Made by a program: the position numbers and the translations under genes | Notes under the pieces: generated by a model | What the model saw: only the letters and a program-made list of their open reading frames with translations | Databases searched by the model: none | What the model was told of the DNA's origin: nothing | From: Bacteroidales bacterium UBA6680 | GTDB lineage: Bacteria > Bacteroidota > Bacteroidia > Bacteroidales > UBA6680 | Assembly: GCA_002454955.1 (NCBI GenBank) | Contig: DKJY01000166.1 | Span: 427 to 64,426 of the forward strand | Direction: 5' to 3' | Length of the DNA stretch: 64,000 nucleotides | Shown here: positions 36,805 through 46,973 of the stretch, piece by piece | Layout: each line of letters opens with the position of its first letter | Numbering within the stretch: the stretch's first letter is position 1

Positions 36805-39129
36805 ATGGGCGGAAATTTAGTTATTGTTGAGTCACCTGCAAAGGCTAAGACAATTGAAAAATTCTTAGGAGAGGGGTTTACTGTTAAATCGAGTTTTGGA
36901 CACATAAGAGATCTTGCTAAAAAAGATTTTGGTATTGATATAGAGAACAACTATCAGCCGCAATATATTGTGTCTGACGATAAGAAAAAGGTTGTTTCTG
37001 AGTTGAAAAAGAGTGCTAAAGAGGCTGAAATGGTATGGCTTGCTTCCGATGAAGATCGCGAAGGGGAGGCTATTGCATGGCATCTTTATGAAGTACTTAA
37101 ACTTAAACCAGAGAAGACAAGACGTATTGTTTTTAATGAGATTACAAAGGAGGCTATTGTAAGAGCAATAGAGAACCCTCGTGATATAGATATTAATTTG
37201 GTGAATGCACAGCAGGCTAGACGTGTTTTAGATCGTTTGGTTGGATTTGAGTTGTCTCCTGTGTTGTGGAAAAAAATTAAACCATCGTTATCGGCAGGTA
37301 GAGTTCAGAGTGTATCTGTACGTTTGTTAGTTGATAGAGAACGTGAGATAATGGTGTTTAAACCATCTCCGTTTATTAAAACAACAGGATTGTTTAATTC
37401 GGATAGAGGAGATCTTAAAGCTGAACTTAACAAGAAGTTTAATACTGCAGGCGAAGCGAAGGTATTTCTGAATGATTGTGCAAATGCAGAATTTGCTGTT
37501 AAATCTATAGTAAAGAAACCTTCTAAGAAAAGACCAGCAGCACCGTTTACAACATCTACCCTTCAGCAAGAGGCAAGTAGAAAGCTGGGCTTTTCTGTTG
37601 CGCAAACAATGTCGGTTGCACAGAAACTATATGAAGCAGGAAAGATTACTTACATGAGAACAGACTCTCTTAACCTGTCAGAGTCAGCTGTAGCTTCAGC
37701 CAAAAAAGTAATTGCTGATGAGTACGGAAGTGAGTATTCTGAACCGCGCAGATATAGCACAAAAACAAAAGGTGCTCAGGAGGCTCACGAAGCTATCAGA
37801 CCAACATATATGGAGAATATGACTGTTTCTGGATCATCAGCAGAAGCAAAATTATATGAGCTTATCTGGAAGCGCACAATTGCATCGCAGATGAGTGAAG
37901 CAAGACTTGAAAAGACAACTATAAACATAGATATATCAAATTCAGATAGAATATTTGTTGCTACCGGTGAAGTATTGCTATTTGATGGATTCCTTAAGGT
38001 TTATATGGAGTCAACAGATGATGAAACAGACGAAGAGGTAAAAGGATTATTGCCTGCGGTTAAGGAGGGAGATAAGCTTATTTATAAAGTGATTGAGTGT
38101 ACTGAACGATTCACACAAAAACCTCCGAGATATACAGAAGCATCGTTGGTTAAAAAGCTTGAAGAATTGGGTATTGGACGACCGTCTACATATGCACCAA
38201 CAATATCAACAATACAGAACAGAGGGTATGTTGTTAAAGAGGATAGAGATGGAGAGGAGAGAAAATACTCTGTATTTACTCTTGAACAAAGTGATGTTTC
38301 AGAAAAAGTAAAAACAGAGATCACAGGAGCAGAACGAAATAAACTTTTCCCGAATGATATAGGAATGGTTGTTAATGATTTTCTGCTTAAAAATTTTGAA
38401 GAGATTGTTAACTATAACTTTACTGCCAGTGTTGAGGAAAAATTTGATGATATTGCTATTGGAAAGATAGAGTGGCAGAAAATGATTGACATGTTCTATA
38501 AACCTTTTCATGATGAAGTTGTTGATACATTAGAGAACTCAGAGAGAGATAGTGGCGAAAGAATACTTGGTAACGATCCAAACACAGGTAAACCAGTTTC
38601 GGTTCGTATTGGTCGTTTTGGACCTATGGCACAGTTAGGATCATCTGACTCTGAGGAGAAACCACAATATTCAGCTTTACGAAAAGGGCAACATCTTGAG
38701 ACTATTACTCTGGAGGAGGCACTTGAATTATTTAAGTTGCCAAGACAATTAGGAGAGTATGAGGGAAAAGTTGTAACTGTTGCAATTGGCAGATTTGGAC
38801 CATATGTACGACATGATGGAAAATTTGTGTCGTTAAAAAAAGGTGTTGATGATCCTTATGATGTTGTGTTAGAAAGAGCAATAGTACTAATTGAAGAGAA
38901 ACGTGAGGCTGATAGGAAAAAATTTATTAAATCATTTGATGAGGAACCAGATTTACAGGTATTGAACGGACGTTGGGGACCTTATATTTCTTATCAAAAG
39001 AAGAATTATAAGATACCAAAAGATGTTGTAGCTGAAGATCTTTCGTATCAAGATTGTGTTGATTTGATAAAAAAATCGGCTGAACCAAAGAAAAAAGTAA
39101 CAAGAAAAAAGAGTACAAAAAAGAAGTAG
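36805..39129 (+). CDS. topA: DNA topoisomerase I
   Basis: LVIVESPAKAKTI TOPRIM start, ITYMRTDS active-site Tyr motif, lysine-rich C-terminus, 774 aa. Confidence 0.95.
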   Translation: MGGNLVIVESPAKAKTIEKFLGEGFTVKSSFGHIRDLAKKDFGIDIENNYQPQYIVSDDKKKVVSELKKSAKEAEMVWLASDEDREGEAIAWHLYEVLKLKPEKTRRIVFNEITKEAIVRAIENPRDIDINLVNAQQARRVLDRLVGFELSPVLWKKIKPSLSAGRVQSVSVRLLVDREREIMVFKPSPFIKTTGLFNSDRGDLKAELNKKFNTAGEAKVFLNDCANAEFAVKSIVKKPSKKRPAAPFTTSTLQQEASRKLGFSVAQTMSVAQKLYEAGKITYMRTDSLNLSESAVASAKKVIADEYGSEYSEPRRYSTKTKGAQEAHEAIRPTYMENMTVSGSSAEAKLYELIWKRTIASQMSEARLEKTTINIDISNSDRIFVATGEVLLFDGFLKVYMESTDDETDEEVKGLLPAVKEGDKLIYKVIECTERFTQKPPRYTEASLVKKLEELGIGRPSTYAPTISTIQNRGYVVKEDRDGEERKYSVFTLEQSDVSEKVKTEITGAERNKLFPNDIGMVVNDFLLKNFEEIVNYNFTASVEEKFDDIAIGKIEWQKMIDMFYKPFHDEVVDTLENSERDSGERILGNDPNTGKPVSVRIGRFGPMAQLGSSDSEEKPQYSALRKGQHLETITLEEALELFKLPRQLGEYEGKVVTVAIGRFGPYVRHDGKFVSLKKGVDDPYDVVLERAIVLIEEKREADRKKFIKSFDEEPDLQVLNGRWGPYISYQKKNYKIPKDVVAEDLSYQDCVDLIKKSAEPKKKVTRKKSTKKK

Positions 39130-39305
39130 AAAATATCTTCAGAAAGTGAAGATAAATTGTATTTTTGCCAATTGTTACAATAAATGTTGTTGTATTTAGT
39201 TTATTTGTTTAAGATATCGGTGTGTGATGACAATTTATTTGTCTCCTAGCAATTTTTAATTATTTTAGCAGTTATTAAAAAGGAAAGGGTAACCTAGTAA
39301 AACTT

Positions 39306-40241
39306 ATGAAAATTAAACTTAAAATCCTTGTAATGTTGTTGATTGTTCACAATGTTACATTTGCCCAGACCGACGTGTTTTATACGCACAACTTTGTGAA
39401 TAACACATCGCTCAATCCTGCATATATGGGAAGTAGCGATAAGATGATTGTTATGGCAGGTATGCGTACTCAATGGGTTGGAATGGATGGTGCACCGAGT
39501 TATTCTACGGCAAGTGCTAATGTTCCGTTTAGTCTGTTTAATGTTAATCAGGGATTTGGGTTTAATGTTGTACAGGATAAATTTGGAGTAAATACAAATA
39601 TAGCTTTTAGTGGAGCTTGGGCTGTACATCTTCCGCTTAAGGGGTTAGGAAACCTTGGAGTTGGAGTAGGTTTTGGCTACGTTAATAATAAACTGGATAA
39701 AAATAAACTTAAACCGGACAATGATGGAGATCCTTTGTTAACAGCAACCGGAGATGATGTATCTAATGCTGTTTTTGATTTAGGATTTGGGGTACATTAT
39801 TATACTGATAAGATGTATGTAGGTTTGTCGGCGACGAACCTTTTGGGGCATAAATTAAGTGGATTTAACACCTCGGCAAAAGCACCGCGGATGTTTCACT
39901 TATCGGCAGGTTACGATATAGAATTGCCGAATCCTAAATGGATTGCTACACCATCTGTATTCTTGTCAACAAATATAACAACGTCAAATATGAATGTTGG
40001 ATGTAAATTTGAATACAATAAATTGTTTTGGTTAGGAGTTAATTATAAAGTAGCAGATGCTATTTCGGGAATGGCCGGAATAATTTTGCTTAAAGATATA
40101 AAGATTGGATATTCGTATGACTATACAACATCAAAGTTATCAAAGGCTAATAGTGGATCACATGAATTGATGATTGTTTACGGATTTAATCTAAGAAAAG
40201 AAAAAGCACCTAAGAATTACAGAAGTATTAGGTTCTTGTAA
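39306..40241 (+). CDS. porP: T9SS outer-membrane protein PorP/SprF family
   Basis: Signal peptide, then the QTDVFYTHNFVNNTSLNPAYMG family motif. It is beta-rich, 311 aa, and sits directly upstream of gldK. Confidence 0.85.
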   Translation: MKIKLKILVMLLIVHNVTFAQTDVFYTHNFVNNTSLNPAYMGSSDKMIVMAGMRTQWVGMDGAPSYSTASANVPFSLFNVNQGFGFNVVQDKFGVNTNIAFSGAWAVHLPLKGLGNLGVGVGFGYVNNKLDKNKLKPDNDGDPLLTATGDDVSNAVFDLGFGVHYYTDKMYVGLSATNLLGHKLSGFNTSAKAPRMFHLSAGYDIELPNPKWIATPSVFLSTNITTSNMNVGCKFEYNKLFWLGVNYKVADAISGMAGIILLKDIKIGYSYDYTTSKLSKANSGSHELMIVYGFNLRKEKAPKNYRSIRFL

Positions 40242-40287
40242 ATTGTTAAATAAGTATCTTCAATTGCGTTAAAAATATTACTTAATT

Positions 40288-41637
40288 ATGAAAAGAGTAC
40301 TTTACATAGGTTTTATTGTAACCCTCCTGCTTCAAGGTTGTGGAAGTTATAATGGGGGAGAGCTTGTTGGAATTTCAGGAAGGAGTAGTTTCGAAGAGCC
40401 GGAGCCTTTTGGTATGGTAAGGATACCTATGGGTAACTTCACCATGGGACAGAATGATGATGATATTAACTGGGCTTTTAATCAGTCATCAAAAACAGTT
40501 TCTGTACCATCGTTCTGGATGGACGATACTGAAATAACTAATAATGAGTACAGACAATTTGTTTATTGGGTTAAAGACTCATTAATAAGAAAAGAACTTG
40601 CAGACCGAAGTGAGGAATACAGACTTTTTGACAGGGATGATAACGAACTTGTTGATAAGGATGATAAGCTTAGAATTAACTGGGATGCAAAGATTGATTT
40701 TGATAATGACGAGGTTAAAGACGTAATTGAAGAATTCATTTATCAGCCAAAAGACAGATTGTTTGGTAAAAAAGAATTTGATACAAGAAAATTGGTATAC
40801 AGATACTATTGGATTGATATTAACCTAGCTGCGAAGGCAAGAAATATGTACGATGCCGGAACGGGTCAGTATAATGGTTACTGGGTTGATGAAACTGGAA
40901 ACAAAGTGCCTATTACAGGACGTGAAGATTTTATTAAAGAGGGAGAAGTTCATGTTTATCCTGATACACTTGTTTGGGTTCGCGATTTTACTTACTCATA
41001 TAACGATCCTCATACAAACAACTACTTTTCGCACCCTACTTATGATCAATATCCTGTTGTTGGAGTAACGTGGAAACAAGCGAGAGCTTTTTGTGCATGG
41101 CGTACTGATTTCCTTAATGCATCGCTTATAAAGCAAGGAAATGCAAAAGTATCTGCTTACAGACTTCCGCTTGAGGCAGAGTGGGAATATGCTGCGCGTG
41201 GAGGAATTGATTTAGGTAAATATCCTTGGGGAGGACCATATTTAAGAAATGTTGAAGGATGTTTAGTTGCAAACTTTAAGCCTATGCGGGGTAACTATGT
41301 AGATGATGGTGGTTACAAAACAGTTCCTGTTGGATCTTATGAGGCTAATGGATATGGATTATACGATATGGCCGGAAATGTTTCTGAGTGGAATGCTAAT
41401 GCGTATGACGAAACAACATACAGTTTTTCTCACGATATGAGTCCTGGATATGTATATCAAGCTAAAAAAGGAGACTCTCCTTCGGTAAAACGTAAGGTAA
41501 TTCGTGGTGGATCATGGAAAGATGTTGGATATTTCCTTGAATGTGGTGTTCGTGCATATGAGTATCAGGATTCTGCTAAATCGTATATTGGATTCAGATG
41601 TGTTCGTGATCTATTAGGCGAAAATTCAATTTATTAA
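40288..41637 (+). CDS. gldK: T9SS/gliding lipoprotein GldK (PorK)
   Basis: Lipobox LLQGC, FGE/SUMF1-type domain (MVRIPMGNFTMG, RLPLEAEWEYAARGG, RGGSWKD). Confidence 0.9.
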   Translation: MKRVLYIGFIVTLLLQGCGSYNGGELVGISGRSSFEEPEPFGMVRIPMGNFTMGQNDDDINWAFNQSSKTVSVPSFWMDDTEITNNEYRQFVYWVKDSLIRKELADRSEEYRLFDRDDNELVDKDDKLRINWDAKIDFDNDEVKDVIEEFIYQPKDRLFGKKEFDTRKLVYRYYWIDINLAAKARNMYDAGTGQYNGYWVDETGNKVPITGREDFIKEGEVHVYPDTLVWVRDFTYSYNDPHTNNYFSHPTYDQYPVVGVTWKQARAFCAWRTDFLNASLIKQGNAKVSAYRLPLEAEWEYAARGGIDLGKYPWGGPYLRNVEGCLVANFKPMRGNYVDDGGYKTVPVGSYEANGYGLYDMAGNVSEWNANAYDETTYSFSHDMSPGYVYQAKKGDSPSVKRKVIRGGSWKDVGYFLECGVRAYEYQDSAKSYIGFRCVRDLLGENSIY

Positions 41638-41681
41638 AAGATAAAAAACTCTATTTAAAAAACTTAATAATATTATTCGAG

Positions 41682-42737
41682 ATGGGACTTAGAATGAGTG
41701 AAATAGTTCAGGGGGAGAAGTGGAAAAAGTTTATGGCCAAGCTATATGGTTGGGGAGCTGCATTAGTTATTGTAGGAGCTCTGTTTAAACTTCAACACTG
41801 GCCTTTTGCAGGGGAAATGTTAACAGTTGGTATGTCTGTAGAGGCAATTATCTTCTTCTTTTCAGCTTTTGAACCAATACACGAAGAGGTAGATTGGACA
41901 TTGGTATATCCTGAATTAGCAGGTATGCATGATGATGAATATGTTACTGAGAGTTCTCGTAAGAGTGGTATCGATGCAAATGATATTAAAGAGATAATTA
42001 CAGGTGTTTTAGGTGAACTTGGAGCTTCTGGAGGTGGAATGGCAATAGGTGGTACTGATCATTCGGCTATTGATCCTGATGCTGCAAGTAAACTACAGGT
42101 TAGTATTAATAACCTGAGTAAAACAGCAGGATCTCTTTCAGATATCTCAAAAGCTACTGTTGCAACAGAGGGATATATAAAGAATCTGAATCATGCATCT
42201 GATCATTTAGCAGATTTTGCAGATAATCATAAAAATACTACTGATGTATTAAATATGTCGTTTGGTAACCTAGCAGAGAGTTATGAAAAAGCGGCAACAA
42301 ATGTCAATAACGCAAGCGATATGTTCCTCAATAATATTGAAGGTGCTGGTAAGCAGTTTAAAGACGAGATAGTTGCTGCCGGTAATCGTGTTTCTGAAGG
42401 CGTGGTTGGAGCTGCAGAAGGTGTTACATACTCTATTTCTGAATTAGGAAAAGAGTTTGAATCGAATAAAGGCATTGTTGAGCAGGTTTCTGGTGATATT
42501 AAAACTAATATGGTTGAACTTAATAAAAACCTTTCAGCACTCAATGCTGTTCATCAGATGGCTACTCAAGAGTACAATACATTGCTTGAAGAGTCTAAAG
42601 CAGTTGTAGGAGAGCTACATGATGCCTCTGGTAAAACACAGCAGTTTAATATTCAGTTAGATCAGTTGAACTCTAGCTTAAGCTCACTGAATGATGTTTA
42701 CGGTAATATGTTATCGTCTGTTGAGTATATTAAATAA
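41682..42737 (+). CDS. gldL: T9SS/gliding motor protein GldL (PorL), long form
   Basis: KFMAKLYGWGAALVIVGALFKLQHWP and SVEAIIFFFSAFEP are the two conserved TM helices. The alternative start is 41694 (MSEIV). Confidence 0.85.
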   Translation: MGLRMSEIVQGEKWKKFMAKLYGWGAALVIVGALFKLQHWPFAGEMLTVGMSVEAIIFFFSAFEPIHEEVDWTLVYPELAGMHDDEYVTESSRKSGIDANDIKEIITGVLGELGASGGGMAIGGTDHSAIDPDAASKLQVSINNLSKTAGSLSDISKATVATEGYIKNLNHASDHLADFADNHKNTTDVLNMSFGNLAESYEKAATNVNNASDMFLNNIEGAGKQFKDEIVAAGNRVSEGVVGAAEGVTYSISELGKEFESNKGIVEQVSGDIKTNMVELNKNLSALNAVHQMATQEYNTLLEESKAVVGELHDASGKTQQFNIQLDQLNSSLSSLNDVYGNMLSSVEYIK

Positions 42738-42757
42738 CCTAAAACCGAACAAGTAAG

Positions 42758-44413
42758 ATGGGACACGGAAAAGAGACACCACGGCAGAAAATGATCGGTA
42801 TGATGTATTTGGTGCTAACAGCAATGTTAGCAATGAACGTATCAGCTGAGGTATTGGATGCTTTTGTTTTGGTTGAGGATGGACTTACTCAAACAGCGAA
42901 AAACTTTAAGATTGAAACAGAATCCTCGTATGTTGAGTTTCAAAAAGCAGCATCACTGAATGCAAAGAAAGCAGGGAAATGGTTAGAGAAATCAAAGCTT
43001 GTAAGAAAAGAGTCTGAAGAATTACATAGATATATTCAAGGTCTTAAAATAGAGGTTGTTAAACGGGGAGATGGTCCGAATGCTGAAGCTATTAAAGATA
43101 ATGTAATAGATGCAGAAAAGATTCAAGCTAAGGGAAATCTTGATGTTGGAAGCCAGATGTTTATAGGACCTAATAATAAAGGTGAGGCTCAGGTTTTGAA
43201 AGAGAAACTTAATTCTTATAAAGATTTTCTTATTGGACTGATTGAAGAAAAAGATAGATCTAAGTATGAGAAATTAATTGAAACTATTGAGAGAAACTTA
43301 AGTACAGAGGCACCAGAGGTTTCTGCTGAAGAAGATGCTATAAAAAAGAAAACATGGGAGCATAGTAGATTTGATCATATTCCTTTGATTGCTTTATTAC
43401 CTCAGCTTTCAAGTATTCAGGTAAATGTTATTAATAGTGAATCTGAAATTTTGGGATATCTTCTTGGACAGATTGATGAGGGATCATTTAGTTTTAATGT
43501 TATTACGGCTAATGTTATACCTACATCAAGTTATGTGATAAAGGGTAATAGATATTCATCGGAGATATCAATGGCAGCCTATGATTCTACGCAGAGCCCA
43601 AAGATAATGGTTGGAAAGTATCATGTAGATGTTGATGGTGATGGAAATGAAGTATTCCGAATGGTCGGTAAAGAAGGTGTTGACTATAAGGTATTAACTG
43701 TTGAGAATGGGAAGGCTATGTATGATGTTCCTGCATCAAGAGTAGGTACAATCAAATATCAAGGTCTTATTGAAATGCAACGACCAGATGGTAGTACTAT
43801 GCGTAAACCATTTAATCAGGAGTATCAGGTGGCAGAACCAAATGTTGTAGTTTCTCCAGAGAAAATGAATGTATTTTATCGTGGAGTTGATAACCCTGTT
43901 AGTGTATCTGTTGCTGGTGTATCTGAATCAAATGTAGAAGCTTCTGTAAGTTCAGGAACTCAACGTAAGATTGGTAGTACATATATTATTAAACCTGGTA
44001 AAGGAAGTGTGTGTAAGGTTAGCGTATATGCACGAATTGACAATAAACGTCAACTTATTGACACTAAAAACTTTAGGGTAAAACCTGTTCCTGATCCTTT
44101 TGCAAGTGTAAGAGGGGTTAAGGGTAAAAAAGTATCACGTATGGATCTTGTAAGATCAAAAGGTATTGCTGTAAAAATGCCGGAATGGTTTGACTTTGAT
44201 TTAAGATTTAGCGTAATCAGCTTTAAGATTGCAACAGTACGTGGTGGTATGATTAACGAGTTGTCTAACAGAGGGGCAAACTTTAGTCAACAGCAAAAGA
44301 ACCTGATTAAGGGAATTAAGAAAGGTGGAAAACTGTTTGTTGAAAACATTAAGGTGAAAGGTCCTGATGGAGAAACTCGTGAAATTAACGATATTGTATT
44401 AACTGTTAATTAA
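42758..44413 (+). CDS. gldM: T9SS/gliding motor protein GldM (PorM)
   Basis: N-terminal RQKMIGMMYLVLTAMLAMNVS signature helix, 551 aa, position after gldL. Confidence 0.9.
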   Translation: MGHGKETPRQKMIGMMYLVLTAMLAMNVSAEVLDAFVLVEDGLTQTAKNFKIETESSYVEFQKAASLNAKKAGKWLEKSKLVRKESEELHRYIQGLKIEVVKRGDGPNAEAIKDNVIDAEKIQAKGNLDVGSQMFIGPNNKGEAQVLKEKLNSYKDFLIGLIEEKDRSKYEKLIETIERNLSTEAPEVSAEEDAIKKKTWEHSRFDHIPLIALLPQLSSIQVNVINSESEILGYLLGQIDEGSFSFNVITANVIPTSSYVIKGNRYSSEISMAAYDSTQSPKIMVGKYHVDVDGDGNEVFRMVGKEGVDYKVLTVENGKAMYDVPASRVGTIKYQGLIEMQRPDGSTMRKPFNQEYQVAEPNVVVSPEKMNVFYRGVDNPVSVSVAGVSESNVEASVSSGTQRKIGSTYIIKPGKGSVCKVSVYARIDNKRQLIDTKNFRVKPVPDPFASVRGVKGKKVSRMDLVRSKGIAVKMPEWFDFDLRFSVISFKIATVRGGMINELSNRGANFSQQQKNLIKGIKKGGKLFVENIKVKGPDGETREINDIVLTVN

Positions 44414-44421
44414 AAGATATT

Positions 44422-45375
44422 ATGAGAAGAGCTCTGGTATATATTGTAACATTTTTGCTACTAACTTCGGTTGATGGTATTGCGCAGCAGAATGTAACAG
44501 GAGACAGAAAAGTAACTGCAAAGGAGCAGTATCCTGGTCTTAATGAGCCTACAGACAGACGTAAAATAGGTTATCCTGTTAGTCGTCCGGCAGATGTAAT
44601 ATGGAAAAAACGTATCCTTAGAAAGATTGATCTTAGACAGAAGATGAATCAGCCAATGATTCATCTTGGACCAAGACTATATGTTGATCGTTCAAGTTTG
44701 TCACAGGAGATTTTCACAACAATAATGGATTTTAAACCATATCTTGAAAGTGATGGTATTGCAGATGAAAATGCTCCAAAGATCAATGTTAATATATTAA
44801 AAGAGATGATGTATGATGACGTCAAACTTTATGATGGTAATGAATGGCCATTCTCAAAAGGTGCTGATGTTGAGTCTCTGTTCAAAGATAAATTAGAGAT
44901 TGATGTAGATTCTCTTAATAAGGTTGAAGTTCTTGATTATGTAGTTAATAGTTTTTCAAGTATTACTTCATACTTTGTGTTCGAGGAGTGGTTCTTTGAT
45001 AGTAAGTATTCAAGAGTTTTTGTTCGTGTATTAGGACTTTGTCCGCTTCTTGAGGTTGATAAAGGAGATACCGAGGTTAAAGCTGTAAAACCACTGTTCT
45101 GGGTTAAATATGAAGATATTCGTGGTGCTTTTATGAATGCACAGTTATTTAATCCACGTAATGATAAAATCAGATTAAGTCTTGATGATGTTTTCCAGAA
45201 ACGTTATTTCCAGAGCGTAATTGTAGGAGAAGAGAATGTCAAGAACAATATGATGTTAGAAGAGATTTACGAAGGAGTTACAGATCCTGTTGAGAGAAAT
45301 TATCTTATCTCTCAGGAAAGAAAGAGAATTGAGGAAGAGATATTCAATTTTGAACATGACTTGTGGGAGTATTAA
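44422..45375 (+). CDS. gldN: T9SS/gliding periplasmic ring protein GldN (PorN)
   Basis: Signal peptide, 317 aa, position after gldM, and the VIWKKRILRKIDLRQKMNQP motif typical of GldN. Confidence 0.8.
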   Translation: MRRALVYIVTFLLLTSVDGIAQQNVTGDRKVTAKEQYPGLNEPTDRRKIGYPVSRPADVIWKKRILRKIDLRQKMNQPMIHLGPRLYVDRSSLSQEIFTTIMDFKPYLESDGIADENAPKINVNILKEMMYDDVKLYDGNEWPFSKGADVESLFKDKLEIDVDSLNKVEVLDYVVNSFSSITSYFVFEEWFFDSKYSRVFVRVLGLCPLLEVDKGDTEVKAVKPLFWVKYEDIRGAFMNAQLFNPRNDKIRLSLDDVFQKRYFQSVIVGEENVKNNMMLEEIYEGVTDPVERNYLISQERKRIEEEIFNFEHDLWEY

Positions 45376-45397
45376 ACTTCATATTATAATATTATAG

Positions 45398-45422
45398 AAG
45401 AGGGCATTTGCCCTCTTTTTTT
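45398..45422 (+). terminator. Intrinsic terminator after gldN
   Basis: aagagggca-tt-tgccctctt running into ttttttt. Confidence 0.7.
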
Positions 45423-45491
45423 ATATAATATTATTAATTGTCTGAAAAAGGTTTTCTCTTTTACTATTTTTATGCTAAAAATATTCATAAT

Positions 45492-46691
45492 ATGAGAAGT
45501 CTAATTAGTATACTAATACTATTTACGTTTGGGTTAAATTCAAGCGTGTTTTCACAAGAAAAAGCAAAATATCTGTTAGTAATATCGTATGATGGTTTTA
45601 GGTGGGATTATCCAAATAAAACTAGTACTCCAATATTTGATTCAATAGAGAAAAATGGAGGAAGAATTAAGTATAGTGAACCTTGTTTTCCATCAAAAAC
45701 GTTCCCGAATCACTACAGCATGGCAACAGGTTTACATCCGGATAATCATGGATTAGTACTAAATTCGTTTTTTTGCCCTAAACTTGATGCAGAATATCGC
45801 ATTTCTGATAGAAATGCGGTACGTAATGGTGCTTTTTATGGTGGAGAACCTATCTGGGTGGCTGCAGAGAAGCAAGGAGTAAAAACTGCTACACTATTTT
45901 GGGTAGGTTCTGAAGCTAGAATAAACGGATATTCTCCAACATATTTTAACTACTATAACCAAAAGCTTTCTAATAGCGCTAGAATTGATACACTAAAGCA
46001 GTGGCTTATGCTACCTGATTCAAAACGCCCAAGACTTATTATGTTATATCACCATGAGCCAGATAAATCAGGACATAATTACGGACCTGAAAGTGATGAA
46101 ATTATCAGTGTTGTGGCTGATATGAATAGATTTACCGGACGAATAATGAATACAATTAAATCATTGAATCTACAGGACAGTATAAATATTGTAATTACCT
46201 CAGATCATGGAATGGCACAATTATCACCTGACAGAACTGTAATGATTAATAAGTATGTAAATAGCTCATTGGTTAAAAGAGTTTTCGGAGGGAATCCTGT
46301 TTATTATTATACTGCTAAAGAAGGAAAATATAACGAACTTTATAAACAACTTAAGTCTGTTCCGCATGCAATAGTTTGGAAAAGGAGAGATATACCAAAA
46401 AGACTTGTACTTGGAAAAAACAGTAGAATAGGTGATTTTGTACTACTGGCTGATAGCTCATGGAGTTTATACCGTAAAAAGCCCAGATACTCAGCAGGAA
46501 CTCATGGTTATGATCCTCAAAATAGAGATATGAGTGCAGTGTTTTATGCTATTGGCCCTTCAATAAAAAGAGGTAGTAAATCTGAGTGGATGAAGAATGT
46601 AGATTTGTATCCTCTTATGGCATATTTGTTGAGCATAAAGGTTGATAAAACAGATGGTGATTTAGAGCATTTGAAACCACTATTGAAGTGA
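45492..46691 (+). CDS. Ectonucleotide pyrophosphatase/phosphodiesterase (alkaline phosphatase superfamily), secreted
   Basis: SYDGFRWDY, KTFPNHYSMATGLHPDNHG, TSDHGM, GTHGYD motifs. The start is moved to ATG 45492 (MRSLISILILF signal peptide). Confidence 0.85.
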   Translation: MRSLISILILFTFGLNSSVFSQEKAKYLLVISYDGFRWDYPNKTSTPIFDSIEKNGGRIKYSEPCFPSKTFPNHYSMATGLHPDNHGLVLNSFFCPKLDAEYRISDRNAVRNGAFYGGEPIWVAAEKQGVKTATLFWVGSEARINGYSPTYFNYYNQKLSNSARIDTLKQWLMLPDSKRPRLIMLYHHEPDKSGHNYGPESDEIISVVADMNRFTGRIMNTIKSLNLQDSINIVITSDHGMAQLSPDRTVMINKYVNSSLVKRVFGGNPVYYYTAKEGKYNELYKQLKSVPHAIVWKRRDIPKRLVLGKNSRIGDFVLLADSSWSLYRKKPRYSAGTHGYDPQNRDMSAVFYAIGPSIKRGSKSEWMKNVDLYPLMAYLLSIKVDKTDGDLEHLKPLLK

Positions 46692-46973
46692 CCTGAGAGT
46701 TGATTGTTATTTTTGTAACAGCACTCTCATAAGTGCTTATTAATTATCTTTTATTTGTGATATATCAACAGTGTTAATTTTGTGTTAAACAATGTCTTAA
46801 CAATGTACTTGCTACTTGTTGTTAATAATTAAATGGTCGTGATTATTGATTGATTTTGATGTTCTTCTTAACTTGCATCTACCAAAAAAGGATACCCTAA
46901 ATATTCTTATTTGCGATAAATCAAATGTTTAAAATTTTAAGAAAAAAGATAAATCATCAATCACTTGACGAAA

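Noticed and set aside
46692..46973. Cobalamin riboswitch or NrdR box upstream of the B12-dependent RNR.
   Set aside because: I found no B12-box-like GCCACTG core. The best palindrome-like segment (TGTGATATATCAACA) does not fit the acaCwAtATaTwGtgt NrdR consensus as I recall it.
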